A DNA stretch of 64,000 bases from Acidobacteriota bacterium (lineage in GTDB: Bacteria > Acidobacteriota > Terriglobia > Versatilivoradales > Versatilivoraceae). The DNA lies in contig JAPPDF010000087.1 of the NCBI GenBank assembly GCA_028875575.1, forward strand, positions 14,147 to 78,146, given 5' to 3'. Shown here one piece after another: positions 10,111 through 18,976 of the stretch. Every line of letters begins with the position of its first letter. Positions within the stretch are counted from its first letter, which is position 1. Position numbers and translations under genes: made by a program. The notes beneath the pieces are model-generated. The model was not told where the DNA came from, did no database searches, and saw only the letters and a program-made list of their open reading frames with translations.

Positions 10111-11295
10111 ATGGGCAAGCTCACTGTTGTAAAGGTCAAATCTATCACAGAACCGGGGCGATACGGTGATGGCGGGACGCTGTTTCTGGTCGTTGCGCCC
10201 GGTGGATCGAAGTCCTGGGTGCAACGAATCGCCATCGACGGCAAGCGCCGGGACATTGGCCTGGGCGGCTGGCCGCTGGTGAGTCTGGCCGAAGCCAGAA
10301 TCAAGGCATTTGAGAATCGGAAGCTCGCCAGGGTGGACGGCGGCGATCCGCTGGCCGGGAAACGCAAGGCCAAGATGCCAACTTTCCAGGAGGCCGCCGA
10401 ACGCACATTTAGGGGGCTCAAGCCCAAGTGGCGAAACGCCAAGCACGCGGCGGACTGGTGGAGTTCTGTTGAGAGATACGCCTTTCCGATGGTCGGCAGT
10501 ACTCCGGTTGATCGAGTCCGCCGGGAGGACGTGCTGCGAATCCTGACGCCTATCTGGTCGAGCCGTCCGGAGCGGGCGCGGCGGCTGCGCCAGCGGATCC
10601 GGGCGATTTTTTCCTGGGCGCAAGCACACAACTACATTCCGGGAGAGAACGTGGCCGGCGAGGCAATCTCTGGAGCGCTGCCGACAATGGCGATCGGCAA
10701 AACTCACTTCCGGGCGCTGCCCTATCAGGAGGTCGCCGCGGCGCTTGCAAAGGTGGAGGGGACCAACGCGAGCATGGCCGCCAAGTACTGTCTCCGGTTT
10801 CTGGTATTGACGGCCGCCCGTAGTGGTGAGGCCCGGGAAGCGACCTGGAGCGAGATTGACCTGGACGCGAGAGAATGGCGCATTCCTGGCGAGCGAATGA
10901 AGGGCGGAGCCGAGCATCGGGTACCGCTGTCTGATGCCGCGGTCTCGGTACTGGAGCAGGCCCGGGTGCTGGATGATGGTTCCAGTCTGATTTTCCCTTC
11001 GGCGCTGAGGCCTGGGCGCTGTCTATCCAATATGACTTTAACCAAGCTGCTGCGGTCAACCGGCTTGGCCGAGCGGGCAACTGTGCACGGGTTTAGATCG
11101 AGCTTCCGTGACTGGTGCGGCGAGCGGGCGAATGTACCGCGCGAAATTGCTGAGGCCGCGTTGGCCCATACGGTCGGCGGTGTCGAGGGCGCCTATTTCC
11201 GAAGTGACTTGTTCGCCAAGCGGCGGCAGTTGATGGATCAGTGGGCCGCCTATCTGACCCGAGCTGTCGGGAAGGTGGTGCGGATCCATGGATAA
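10111..11295 (+). CDS. int: site-specific tyrosine integrase (P4-type, N-terminal DUF4102-like arm-binding domain)
   Basis: Catalytic signature HGFRSSFRDW...LAHTVGG...AYFRSDLFAKRR plus an N-terminal arm-binding domain. Lies immediately 3' of the tRNA, with RBS GGAGGG. Confidence 0.9.
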   Translation: MGKLTVVKVKSITEPGRYGDGGTLFLVVAPGGSKSWVQRIAIDGKRRDIGLGGWPLVSLAEARIKAFENRKLARVDGGDPLAGKRKAKMPTFQEAAERTFRGLKPKWRNAKHAADWWSSVERYAFPMVGSTPVDRVRREDVLRILTPIWSSRPERARRLRQRIRAIFSWAQAHNYIPGENVAGEAISGALPTMAIGKTHFRALPYQEVAAALAKVEGTNASMAAKYCLRFLVLTAARSGEAREATWSEIDLDAREWRIPGERMKGGAEHRVPLSDAAVSVLEQARVLDDGSSLIFPSALRPGRCLSNMTLTKLLRSTGLAERATVHGFRSSFRDWCGERANVPREIAEAALAHTVGGVEGAYFRSDLFAKRRQLMDQWAAYLTRAVGKVVRIHG

Positions 11296-11887
11296 GGTGG
11301 AAGCACTGATACGCAAGATACAGACACACCCTGCCTTCCACGGCGGTCCGGCTGATGAAGAATATTGGCTCGACTTTCTTGAGGCGACACTGGCGGAGTT
11401 TGGAACTTACGAGTTCCTGGTTGAGATGCAAGGAGAAGGATTAAGGCGGCGACCGGAGATGTTGGCTTTGTACATCCTTGCATCCCAAGAAGACCGGCTT
11501 GCTTGGGACGTGCTGGAAGCCCTTGTTAGACGACTTCGGCGGGGCGGCAAGCCCTTGCCAAATAGATTGGCTGAATGGTGGATAGATGCCGCAGCGGGGG
11601 TTCTCAAGAAACCGAAAGGAGGCGGGCGGGTTGCTCACCGAAACCGAATGAGGGACCTTGCGATTGCCGCAGCTGTCAACGGTATCCGCGACGTAACTGG
11701 GATACCCTACGAGTTCGATCAACGAATCTCCGCGCATCCTCGGACGGCCTGTCATGTTGTGGCGGAAAGGCTCAACATGAGCTATGGGGCCATCCGTTCA
11801 ATCTGGAGAAACATGAGGCCACATATCGAACGGGCTCGAGACCAAGGCCTCATTCTCCCACCCGGCAAGAAACAACGGCGACGTTAA
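11288..11887 (+). CDS. hypothetical protein (island-encoded)
   Basis: 199-aa ORF overlapping the int stop. No recognisable family; could be a regulator. Confidence 0.45.
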   Translation: MDKVEALIRKIQTHPAFHGGPADEEYWLDFLEATLAEFGTYEFLVEMQGEGLRRRPEMLALYILASQEDRLAWDVLEALVRRLRRGGKPLPNRLAEWWIDAAAGVLKKPKGGGRVAHRNRMRDLAIAAAVNGIRDVTGIPYEFDQRISAHPRTACHVVAERLNMSYGAIRSIWRNMRPHIERARDQGLILPPGKKQRRR

Positions 11888-11992
11888 CACCCTAAAACTA
11901 CTACCCCATATTTTCGGTATGTACCCGTGCGGGAAAGTTGGGCATTGTTTGGGAAAGCGGTGGATTTTCTGATCTCGAGAACTGGAGGAAAT

Positions 11993-12199
11993 ATGATTGA
12001 CCGACTTTTGACCCGAACGGAGGTAGAGCGGCGCTGTGGACTTGCCCGATCGACGGTCTACCGATTGATGAGGCAAAACTTGTTTCCTCTACCTTTGAAA
12101 CTTGGTGGAAAGGCCGTCCGCTGGCCTCAATCTGAAATTGAATCCTGGATCGCAAGCCGGCCCCGCGCAACTGGCGAGGGCTCCCGCGTGTCTGCCTGA
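11993..12199 (+). CDS. alpA: AlpA-family phage transcriptional regulator / excisionase-like HTH protein
   Basis: MIDRLLTRTEVERRCGLARSTVYRLMRQNLFPLPLKLGGKAVRWPQSEIESWIASRP matches the AlpA family. RBS GGAGG. Confidence 0.85.
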   Translation: MIDRLLTRTEVERRCGLARSTVYRLMRQNLFPLPLKLGGKAVRWPQSEIESWIASRPRATGEGSRVSA

Positions 12200-12254
12200 G
12201 CGCACAAAAAAAGCCCCAGGATGGCAGCCCGGGGCTGGCACGACGGTATGACCT

Positions 12255-13571
12255 ATGGACGGTGAGAGTAACACGTCTGCGGCCGACAAGCAACGGCCGG
12301 GGCGGGATGGACGTTTACCCGTCCAGGACGATAAAGGCAAGTGGCGATACTTCAACCTGGATCCGAGCGATTACGGCTACTATGCGCCGAACCTGGATGA
12401 TGCAACGCTGGTTCAATGGATCATCGAGGAAAAAGACCGGACCATCCGCTACCTGTTTGATACGGCCGAGGCCCGCGCCGACAATCCCACCTTTGAAGAG
12501 CTCCACCTTCCCGTTACCGCGGAACCGATCGAGCGCCAACCGTGCATCCTGGAGCGGTCCGATGGGGCCGCCATTCTGTATGCCGGCCGTTTTTCAACGT
12601 TGCACGGTGAGCCGGGCTGCGGCAAGTCCTGGGTGGCCCTGATTGCCGCCGGCAAGGCCATCGAGCGCGGCGGCCGGTGTCTCTGGATGGATTGCGAAGA
12701 TAGGCCCGGAACTGTGGCGACGCGGGCCGGCCCCTTGGGCCTGCTGGAGTCTGTCACCAATACGGACCGCTTCCGCTTTTACAATGCCCCGGAACTAATC
12801 GAGTCCAATGCCATCAAGGGCGAGGCCCTGGGGTGGTTGCTGACGGCCCCGGCCCCGCGCTTTTCCCTGGTGGTGATCGACAGCGCCGAAACCTGGGGCG
12901 GTGGCGGCCATGCTTCGGATGATGTAAATCCTTGGTTGGACAAGGCTGTTGATCCCTGGCGCAAGGCCGATGTTGCGGTCCTGCTGGTGGATCACATCCC
13001 AAAGCGCGAAAAGGACCGGCCCGCGGGGCCGATCGGAAGCCAAACCAAGCGCGCCAGGGTGGACGGTGCGGCCCTGCGGGTGGAAGGCGGCCGGCCCTAC
13101 CTGGACCGCAACCGACAGTTGCGATTTACCGGCGGACCGTGGACCAAAACCAAGGGCGGGCACGTCACCTTGCTGAACGAAAAAGACCGCATTGGCGACC
13201 TGGAGGCCGGGATGGGGCGGCCCATTGCGACCTTGGCCGGATCCTGGGACGCAAGCGGCGGTTTTGCCTGGGAGTTGGCCGCGCCCAAGGTCGAGGCCGA
13301 CACTGGAACCGAAGCCGAAGCGGGCGATATGGAAACGGTCTATGAGGCCATCAAGGCGGCCGGGCTGGAGGGGATCCGCGGAATTACCGCTGTGCAGGAG
13401 GCGGCCGGGATTCGGCGGTTCAAGGTGATTGAGGCCGTCCGGGGACTCGTGGAAGCTGGCCGGATCGAAAAGGAAAAGCAGGGGCGCGGATGGGTCTACC
13501 GGGTGGACGGCGGGGGCCTGACGCAAGAGGAAAAGGCCGAAGTTCAGGCCGCAATAGACTATGGGGATTAG
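12255..13571 (+). CDS. replication ATPase (RepA / AAA_25-like, RecA-fold P-loop) with C-terminal winged-helix
   Basis: Walker A GEPGCGKSW and Walker B LVVIDSAE, characteristic of plasmid/PICI replicative initiator-helicase loaders. The iteron array lies immediately downstream. Confidence 0.75.
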   Translation: MDGESNTSAADKQRPGRDGRLPVQDDKGKWRYFNLDPSDYGYYAPNLDDATLVQWIIEEKDRTIRYLFDTAEARADNPTFEELHLPVTAEPIERQPCILERSDGAAILYAGRFSTLHGEPGCGKSWVALIAAGKAIERGGRCLWMDCEDRPGTVATRAGPLGLLESVTNTDRFRFYNAPELIESNAIKGEALGWLLTAPAPRFSLVVIDSAETWGGGGHASDDVNPWLDKAVDPWRKADVAVLLVDHIPKREKDRPAGPIGSQTKRARVDGAALRVEGGRPYLDRNRQLRFTGGPWTKTKGGHVTLLNEKDRIGDLEAGMGRPIATLAGSWDASGGFAWELAAPKVEADTGTEAEAGDMETVYEAIKAAGLEGIRGITAVQEAAGIRRFKVIEAVRGLVEAGRIEKEKQGRGWVYRVDGGGLTQEEKAEVQAAIDYGD

Positions 13572-13700
13572 CGGTTCCGAGCGGTTCCGGGAACCGTTGT
13601 TTAGCGGTTCCGCCGGTTCTACGGTTCCCTAAAGGAACCGGAACCGGGAACCGATAAGCGGAAACAGGGCAAAATCATCAAGACGCGGGAACCGATAGCG
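13569..13700. promoter_or_regulatory. putative replication origin: ~10 iterons of CGGTTCC / GGAACCG in both orientations
   Basis: Direct reading of GCGGTTCCGAGCGGTTCCGGGAACCG...GCGGTTCCGCCGGTTCTACGGTTCCCTAAAGGAACCGGAACCGGGAACCG...GCGGGAACCG. SaPI/PICI ori sites sit 3' of rep in the same way. Confidence 0.6.
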
Positions 13701-13711
13701 AGGGGGTAACA

Positions 13712-14011
13712 ATGCCGACACCGAAGGGAAGCCGCTGGAGCCAATCACTGAGGCGGAACATGATGGCAGAACGCAACGGACGGACGGCCGACTGTGACGC
13801 GCTGGCGCTGCCCCTGGTCCGGTTGTGTCGGTCGCAAGGCTTCACCTTCGAGGAAACCGCGGCCGAGCTCGATAGGGCCGGACTCCCCACTTGCCGCACT
13901 CTGAGCCAGGGCAAGGCTTATCGGTGGTGCGCGGGGTCGGTGCGCAATCTCTGCCGCCGGCACGGGCTGGCGACGGCGAGGCGGAGCAAGCTGGACTGGA
14001 TAAGGGCGTGA
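13712..14011 (+). CDS. putative small terminase subunit / HTH DNA-binding protein
   Basis: 99-aa ORF directly upstream of terL with a predicted HTH (GFTFEETAAELDRAGL). The assignment rests on position and is tentative. Confidence 0.35.
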   Translation: MPTPKGSRWSQSLRRNMMAERNGRTADCDALALPLVRLCRSQGFTFEETAAELDRAGLPTCRTLSQGKAYRWCAGSVRNLCRRHGLATARRSKLDWIRA

Positions 14012-14075
14012 TGGCACCGGCGGCGGATTGCTTGGGGGTCGCACCTCGCCACGGGGGCTTTCTGTGTAACTCGAA

Positions 14076-15503
14076 ATGAATCAGCTTCGACGATTTCAAA
14101 GGCGGTTTCTGGCACGGGCGACAGCTCGCGGGGTCGATACGGCCGTGCTGTGTCTACCCCGTGGTAACGGGAAATCCTGGCTGGCGGGACACTTGGCGGC
14201 GCGGGTTCTGTCTCCGGCCGATCGTCTATTCCGTCCTGGGACTGAGTCGGTCTTGTGCGCGGCCTCGATCGAGCAGGCCAGGATAGTCTTTCGGTTTGTG
14301 CGCGCAATCCTGGAACCAAGGGGCGGCTATCGGTTTTTGGACAGCAACACGCGAATAGGGATCACACACACGGCCAGCAATACTAAGCTGCGGGTGATCG
14401 GATCGAACGGCAAGACGGCCATGGGCCTTGTCGGTTGCCCCTGGGTGATTGCCGACGAACCTGGGGCCTGGGAAGTGAGGGGCGGGACGTTGGTTCATGA
14501 CGCCATCGAAACCGCCAAGGGAAAGCCGGGCTCACCACTCCGCGCCGTCTACATAGGGACGCTGGCGCCATCAACGGGCGGCTGGTGGCACGATCTGGTT
14601 AAGGACGGATCGGGGCCGGGCGTGTACGTGCAGGTGCTGCAGGGGGATCGCAAGACCTGGGACCGCTGGCCAACCATCCGCAAGGCAAACCCACTGACGG
14701 CGATATCGGCAGACTTCCGGGCCAAGCTACTACAGGAGCGGGACGCAGCAAGGCGGGACACTCGGCTAAAGGCTCGGTTTCTGTCCTACCGGTTGAACAT
14801 CCCGACAGCCGACGAAAGCGAGGTCTTGCTGACGGTGGAGGATTGGGAGCGAGTGACGGCCAGGGCGGTCCCGGATCGGGAAGGCCTGCCGATGTTCGCC
14901 TATGACTTGGGCGGCGGCCGCGCATGGTCCGCGGCGGTGGCGCTGTGGCGCAACGGCCGAACCGAAGCCCTGGCGGTTGCCCCTGGAATTCCCTCGCTGG
15001 AAGATCAGGAGAAACGGGACCGCGTACCGGCTGGCCTCTACCGCAAGCTGGAGGAATCCGGCCGGCTGCTGGTTGCCGATGGGTTCCGGGTTCCGGCGCC
15101 GGCATTCCTTCACGGTTCGGCCGTGGCGGCCTGGGGCGGCCCCGATTGCATCCTGTGTGATCGCTTCCGCCTTCCCGAGCTGGCGGACGCGGTGAACGGT
15201 GCGCGGCTGGTTCCAAGAGTTACGCGGTGGAGCGAGGCGAGCGAGGATATCAGGGGCCTGCGGAAGCTGGCGGCCGATGGGCCGCTGTCGGTGGAAACCG
15301 GATCGCGGGATCTGTTGACGGCCTCTCTGTCGGTGGCCATGGTTAAAAACGACGATCAAGGCTCGGTCCGGTTGGTCAAGCGGGGATCGAATAACACGGC
15401 GCGGGATGATGTGGCGGCGGCCTGGCTGCTGGCTGCCGGCGCGTTGTCGCGGTGGATCCGCCGGCCCCGACGTCCTCGCTGGCGCTATCGAGGGGCGGTG
15501 TGA
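14076..15503 (+). CDS. terL: phage terminase large subunit (TerL)
   Basis: Walker A LPRGNGKSW, an ATPase domain and a C-terminal nuclease-like domain typical of TerL. Its stop overlaps the HNH start (TGATG). Confidence 0.85.
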   Translation: MNQLRRFQRRFLARATARGVDTAVLCLPRGNGKSWLAGHLAARVLSPADRLFRPGTESVLCAASIEQARIVFRFVRAILEPRGGYRFLDSNTRIGITHTASNTKLRVIGSNGKTAMGLVGCPWVIADEPGAWEVRGGTLVHDAIETAKGKPGSPLRAVYIGTLAPSTGGWWHDLVKDGSGPGVYVQVLQGDRKTWDRWPTIRKANPLTAISADFRAKLLQERDAARRDTRLKARFLSYRLNIPTADESEVLLTVEDWERVTARAVPDREGLPMFAYDLGGGRAWSAAVALWRNGRTEALAVAPGIPSLEDQEKRDRVPAGLYRKLEESGRLLVADGFRVPAPAFLHGSAVAAWGGPDCILCDRFRLPELADAVNGARLVPRVTRWSEASEDIRGLRKLAADGPLSVETGSRDLLTASLSVAMVKNDDQGSVRLVKRGSNNTARDDVAAAWLLAAGALSRWIRRPRRPRWRYRGAV

Positions 15504-15796
15504 TGGATCGGGCGGGCTCGAGGTTCTATGCCAGCATCCGGGGCCGGCGCTGGGATCGGGTCCGCCGGCGCGAACTCAAGCGCACCGGCTACCGCTGCGA
15601 GCGGTGCGGCAAGGCTGGCCGTCTCGAGGTCCACCACAAGCGGCCGCTGCACCGGGGCGGGGATGCCTACGCGGCCGATAACCTGGCCGTCCTTTGTCGG
15701 CGCTGTCATATTGAGGCGCACCGGCGACCCCTGAGTGATGAGGCGCAACGGTGGGCCGACCTGCTGAGGGGGGTTTTTCTTGCAGGGAAGATTTAA
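15503..15796 (+). CDS. HNH endonuclease (packaging-associated)
   Basis: Zinc-finger HNH motif CERCG...LEVHHKRPLHRGG...NLAVLCRRCH. HNH endonucleases next to terminase are typical of HK97-like and cf-PICI packaging modules. Confidence 0.85.
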   Translation: MDRAGSRFYASIRGRRWDRVRRRELKRTGYRCERCGKAGRLEVHHKRPLHRGGDAYAADNLAVLCRRCHIEAHRRPLSDEAQRWADLLRGVFLAGKI

Positions 15797-15832
15797 CAAT
15801 TGTATATTATTTGTAGATTTCGAGAGGGCAAG

Positions 15833-16294
15833 ATGAAAAAAAAGCCAATTCGATACCACGTCCAAATCAACGGAGACGGGAAGGGCGGCCCGGCAATGAT
15901 GGCAGACGGCACTCCCGAGGGCGAAATTCTGGAGGTCGCGCCGGTAACGACCGTTCGGGTAAATCGTGAAACCCGAAACTTGATTGACCGGTGCGGGCGG
16001 TTGCTGTCGGAATTGCCGGAGCCGCAACGGTCAAACCTGCGCTTTGTACTGTGCGCGACCGGCGGCGCCGTCCCGGCCCCTGGGGCGAAAATTCCCGCTG
16101 GTGAGGTCATTCATTACGCACTCGCGGCCCTCGAGGCAAACCTGGACCCCCAGGCGCGGGCGCAGCGCGAGGCCGCAGAAATGGCATATCAAAACTACCT
16201 GGAGCACTTGAGGAATGCGCACAAGGTCCGGGACGGGGTTGCGCGTGACGCGGACGGAAACCCCATTCCGGATCGAATTTCGGATGGGGAGTAA
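15833..16294 (+). CDS. hypothetical protein (island-encoded)
   Basis: 153-aa ORF between HNH and capsid with no recognisable family. Confidence 0.4.
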   Translation: MKKKPIRYHVQINGDGKGGPAMMADGTPEGEILEVAPVTTVRVNRETRNLIDRCGRLLSELPEPQRSNLRFVLCATGGAVPAPGAKIPAGEVIHYALAALEANLDPQARAQREAAEMAYQNYLEHLRNAHKVRDGVARDADGNPIPDRISDGE

Positions 16295-16324
16295 CGGAAG
16301 TCAGTTTTTCATGGAGGGTCGATC

Positions 16325-17617
16325 ATGACCAATTCGCAACGGCTGGCCGTCCGACTGTCGGAGATCCGGCAACGGCTGAATGAGATTGCAGGGCTGGAGG
16401 GTGACGCCTTCACCGACGAAATCCGGCAGGAAGCCGACCGGCTGCAAACCGAGTTCCGGGCCAAGGAAACGCAGTATCGGGCGGCCTTGGTAGCCGAGGG
16501 CGAGTCCGAAAGCCGGGCCCTGGAAACCGAGCCGGACGCCGAGCGCCGGGAGCGCCTGGAGCTGCGCAGCCGGGCCAACCTGTCGGCCTACCTACGGGCG
16601 GCGCTGTCGGGCCGGAGAGTGGACGGAGCCGAACGGGAGTTGCAGGAGGCCGCCGGCATCGGGGACGGCATCCCAATCGAGCTATGGGACACGGTGGCCC
16701 CGGAGGAACGGGCCGAGCATCGGCAGGGTGACGCGGCAACGGCTGCCCCTGGGACGGTCGGGGTCAACCTGGACCGGATCAGGCCGGCCGTGTTCGCGCA
16801 GTCTATCCTCCCGGGACTTGGGGTGGAAATGCCCCGAGTCGAGTCCGGCACCTACGCAAGCGCCACGATTACCACGTCCCTGACGGCCGCCAGCAAGGCC
16901 AAGGGCGCGGCACAGGAAGCCACCGCGGCGGCCTTCACGGTGACGTCGGTTACTCCCAAGCGGATCAGCGCCAGGTTGGGGATTCGGATTGAGGACGTGG
17001 CGGCCATAGGTCAAGGAAATTTCGAACCAATTTTGCGCGAAAATTTATCCCTGGTCCTGTCGGACGAATTGGACAAGCAAGGGCTGAACGGGGCCGGCAG
17101 CAATTCCGGGGCGGATCTGGTGGGCTTGTTTCACCGATTGACGGATCCAAGCGCCCCGGACACCTTGGCCACGTTCGACCTTTTCGCTGCGGCCCTGGCC
17201 GGCGGGGTTGATGGCCTTTGGGCGCTGAGTCAAAGGGACGTGGCGCTGCTGGTGGGGCCGGACACCTATCAGTTGGCCGGAAAGACCTTTCAATCGGCCG
17301 CCAATTACAAGGGCGAGCTTTCGGCCGCGTCCTACCTGATGGCCCAATCCGGAGGCTTCAAGACCAACAAGCGGATGCCGGACGCAGCCAACAAACTCCA
17401 GCAAGGCATCCTCTTTCGGATGGGACGGTCCATGATGGGCGGGACCGGAGCCATGCGGACGGCGGTTTGTCCCCACTGGAACGAAATTTCAATCAACGAC
17501 ATTTACAGCGGGAGCGCCAAGGGTGAGCGGTTCTTTACAATGCACGTCCTGCTCGGGGACGTGATCCTGGTTCAGCCGGACGCTTACTCTCAAATCGCTT
17601 TCAAGGTCGCGGCCTAA
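16325..17617 (+). CDS. phage major capsid protein, HK97 family (with N-terminal coiled-coil delta/scaffold-like domain)
   Basis: N-terminal ~120-aa coiled coil followed by an HK97-fold-like region (GVNLDRIRPAVFAQSILPGLGVEMPRV...FTVTSVTPKRISARLGI...). Size and placement within the head module fit an HK97 MCP. Confidence 0.7.
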   Translation: MTNSQRLAVRLSEIRQRLNEIAGLEGDAFTDEIRQEADRLQTEFRAKETQYRAALVAEGESESRALETEPDAERRERLELRSRANLSAYLRAALSGRRVDGAERELQEAAGIGDGIPIELWDTVAPEERAEHRQGDAATAAPGTVGVNLDRIRPAVFAQSILPGLGVEMPRVESGTYASATITTSLTAASKAKGAAQEATAAAFTVTSVTPKRISARLGIRIEDVAAIGQGNFEPILRENLSLVLSDELDKQGLNGAGSNSGADLVGLFHRLTDPSAPDTLATFDLFAAALAGGVDGLWALSQRDVALLVGPDTYQLAGKTFQSAANYKGELSAASYLMAQSGGFKTNKRMPDAANKLQQGILFRMGRSMMGGTGAMRTAVCPHWNEISINDIYSGSAKGERFFTMHVLLGDVILVQPDAYSQIAFKVAA

Positions 17618-17720
17618 AGGGGCCGCGCTGGCGCTGCGGCCGCGCCTGCTGGCGTTTCTAAGGCTCCAGGGTGGTCTATACCTCCGAGACCATCCTGGGG
17701 CCGTTTTTGCAGGATTTGCC

Positions 17721-18191
17721 ATGGGATCTGTCCTGATAAGCGGTCCGGCCGGGGCTGGCAAGAGCCAGGAAGCCAAGCGCCGGCGCGATGCGGCCAGCCG
17801 TCCGACGGTGGTTGCAGACTTTCAATCCCTGGTTGTGGCCATGCTCCAGCAAGAGCGCGGTCCGGATGGGAAGTATCCAGAGCGGCCGGAATGGATCCTG
17901 CCCCTTGCCGAGTACACGAGGCGGGCCGTTATCACGGCGGCGCGCAAGCGCGGGATTGACGTGGTAGCAACCAATTCTGACGGGGATCCCGGCCGGCGGC
18001 GGTTCCTGCTGGAGATCCTGGGGCCGCGGCGGGAAGATTTTGGCCCGGCCCTGGAGGGTACGGAGGAAGTCATTGTGGATCCGGGCGAAGAAGTGATAGC
18101 GCGGCGGCTGGCCGGGAAGTCGGGGCGGCTGTCGAGGGCCTGCAAGCAAGCGTCCGATCGGTGGTATAGACGCCTTCCGGGGCGGCGGTAG
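17721..18191 (+). CDS. P-loop NTPase / kinase-like protein (AAA_33 / zeta-toxin-like fold)
   Basis: Walker A GPAGAGKSQ at the N-terminus. It is a small 156-aa protein in an unusual position inside the head module. Confidence 0.55.
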   Translation: MGSVLISGPAGAGKSQEAKRRRDAASRPTVVADFQSLVVAMLQQERGPDGKYPERPEWILPLAEYTRRAVITAARKRGIDVVATNSDGDPGRRRFLLEILGPRREDFGPALEGTEEVIVDPGEEVIARRLAGKSGRLSRACKQASDRWYRRLPGRR

Positions 18192-18671
18192 GTGAGCATG
18201 GAACACGAAAGCCGAACGGTTGAAATCCGGTTTGAGTCTGATGCCGAGCGCATGAGTCCCGGCCGCCTGGTGGGCGTCTTGCTGCCCTACGGCGAGCGGG
18301 CGAGCGACCGGCCGGAAGTGTTTGAGGCCGGGGCCTTGCATTGGCCGGCCGATGGCGTCTTGCTGAGGGCCATGCACAAGCGGCAAGATCCCATTGCGCG
18401 GTTCATTCCCGAGGCCACGGAAACCGAGGTCCGGGTATCGATCGAGCTGCCGGACACCACGGCCGGCAGGGACGCGGCCACAAACGTCCGGGCGGGTGTC
18501 CTGCGGGGCCTGTCTGTTGAGTTCCGGGCCGAAAAGGAGACGCGCCGGGACGGGCTGCGGGTAATCCAGCGGGCGCGCCTGGTGGGCGCTGGTCTGGTGG
18601 ATTCGGGGGCCTACTCGGGCGCAACGGTGGAGGCCAGGGGCAAGGCCAAGAGGCGGCGGTTATGGCTGTAA
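18192..18671 (+). CDS. HK97-family phage prohead protease (peptidase S78/U35)
   Basis: Sequence pattern VEIRFESDAERMSPGRLVGVLLPYGERASDRPEVFEAGAL...GLSVEFRA is typical of prohead maturation proteases. Confidence 0.7.
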   Translation: MSMEHESRTVEIRFESDAERMSPGRLVGVLLPYGERASDRPEVFEAGALHWPADGVLLRAMHKRQDPIARFIPEATETEVRVSIELPDTTAGRDAATNVRAGVLRGLSVEFRAEKETRRDGLRVIQRARLVGAGLVDSGAYSGATVEARGKAKRRRLWL

Positions 18672-18976
18672 CGATTACGGCCGAGGAACTGCGGCAACGA
18701 GTGTCCGGGGTGGCCGAAACACACGCGGCGCAGCTTCGGAAAGTGGCAAAGGCGATAGTTGAGGCCGAGGCGCCGAACGCGCCGTCATGCGTTCAGAATG
18801 AAGCCGTGGTGAGGCTTGCTGGCTACCTGGCCCAATCCGATTTCGGCGGGATTGTGGAGGAGGAGCTGGGAGCGAAGCGGGTCGAGTATGCCGTCAACCA
18901 TGCGGCCATGTTTCACCGATCCGGGGCCAAGGGATTATTGAGCCGGTGGAAGCGCCGGCGAGCTGGGGCGATATGA
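18662..18976 (+). CDS. phage head-tail connector (gp6-like) protein
   Basis: ~100-aa gp6-like protein placed between protease and portal. Its stop overlaps the portal start (ATGA). Confidence 0.55.
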   Translation: MAVTITAEELRQRVSGVAETHAAQLRKVAKAIVEAEAPNAPSCVQNEAVVRLAGYLAQSDFGGIVEEELGAKRVEYAVNHAAMFHRSGAKGLLSRWKRRRAGAI

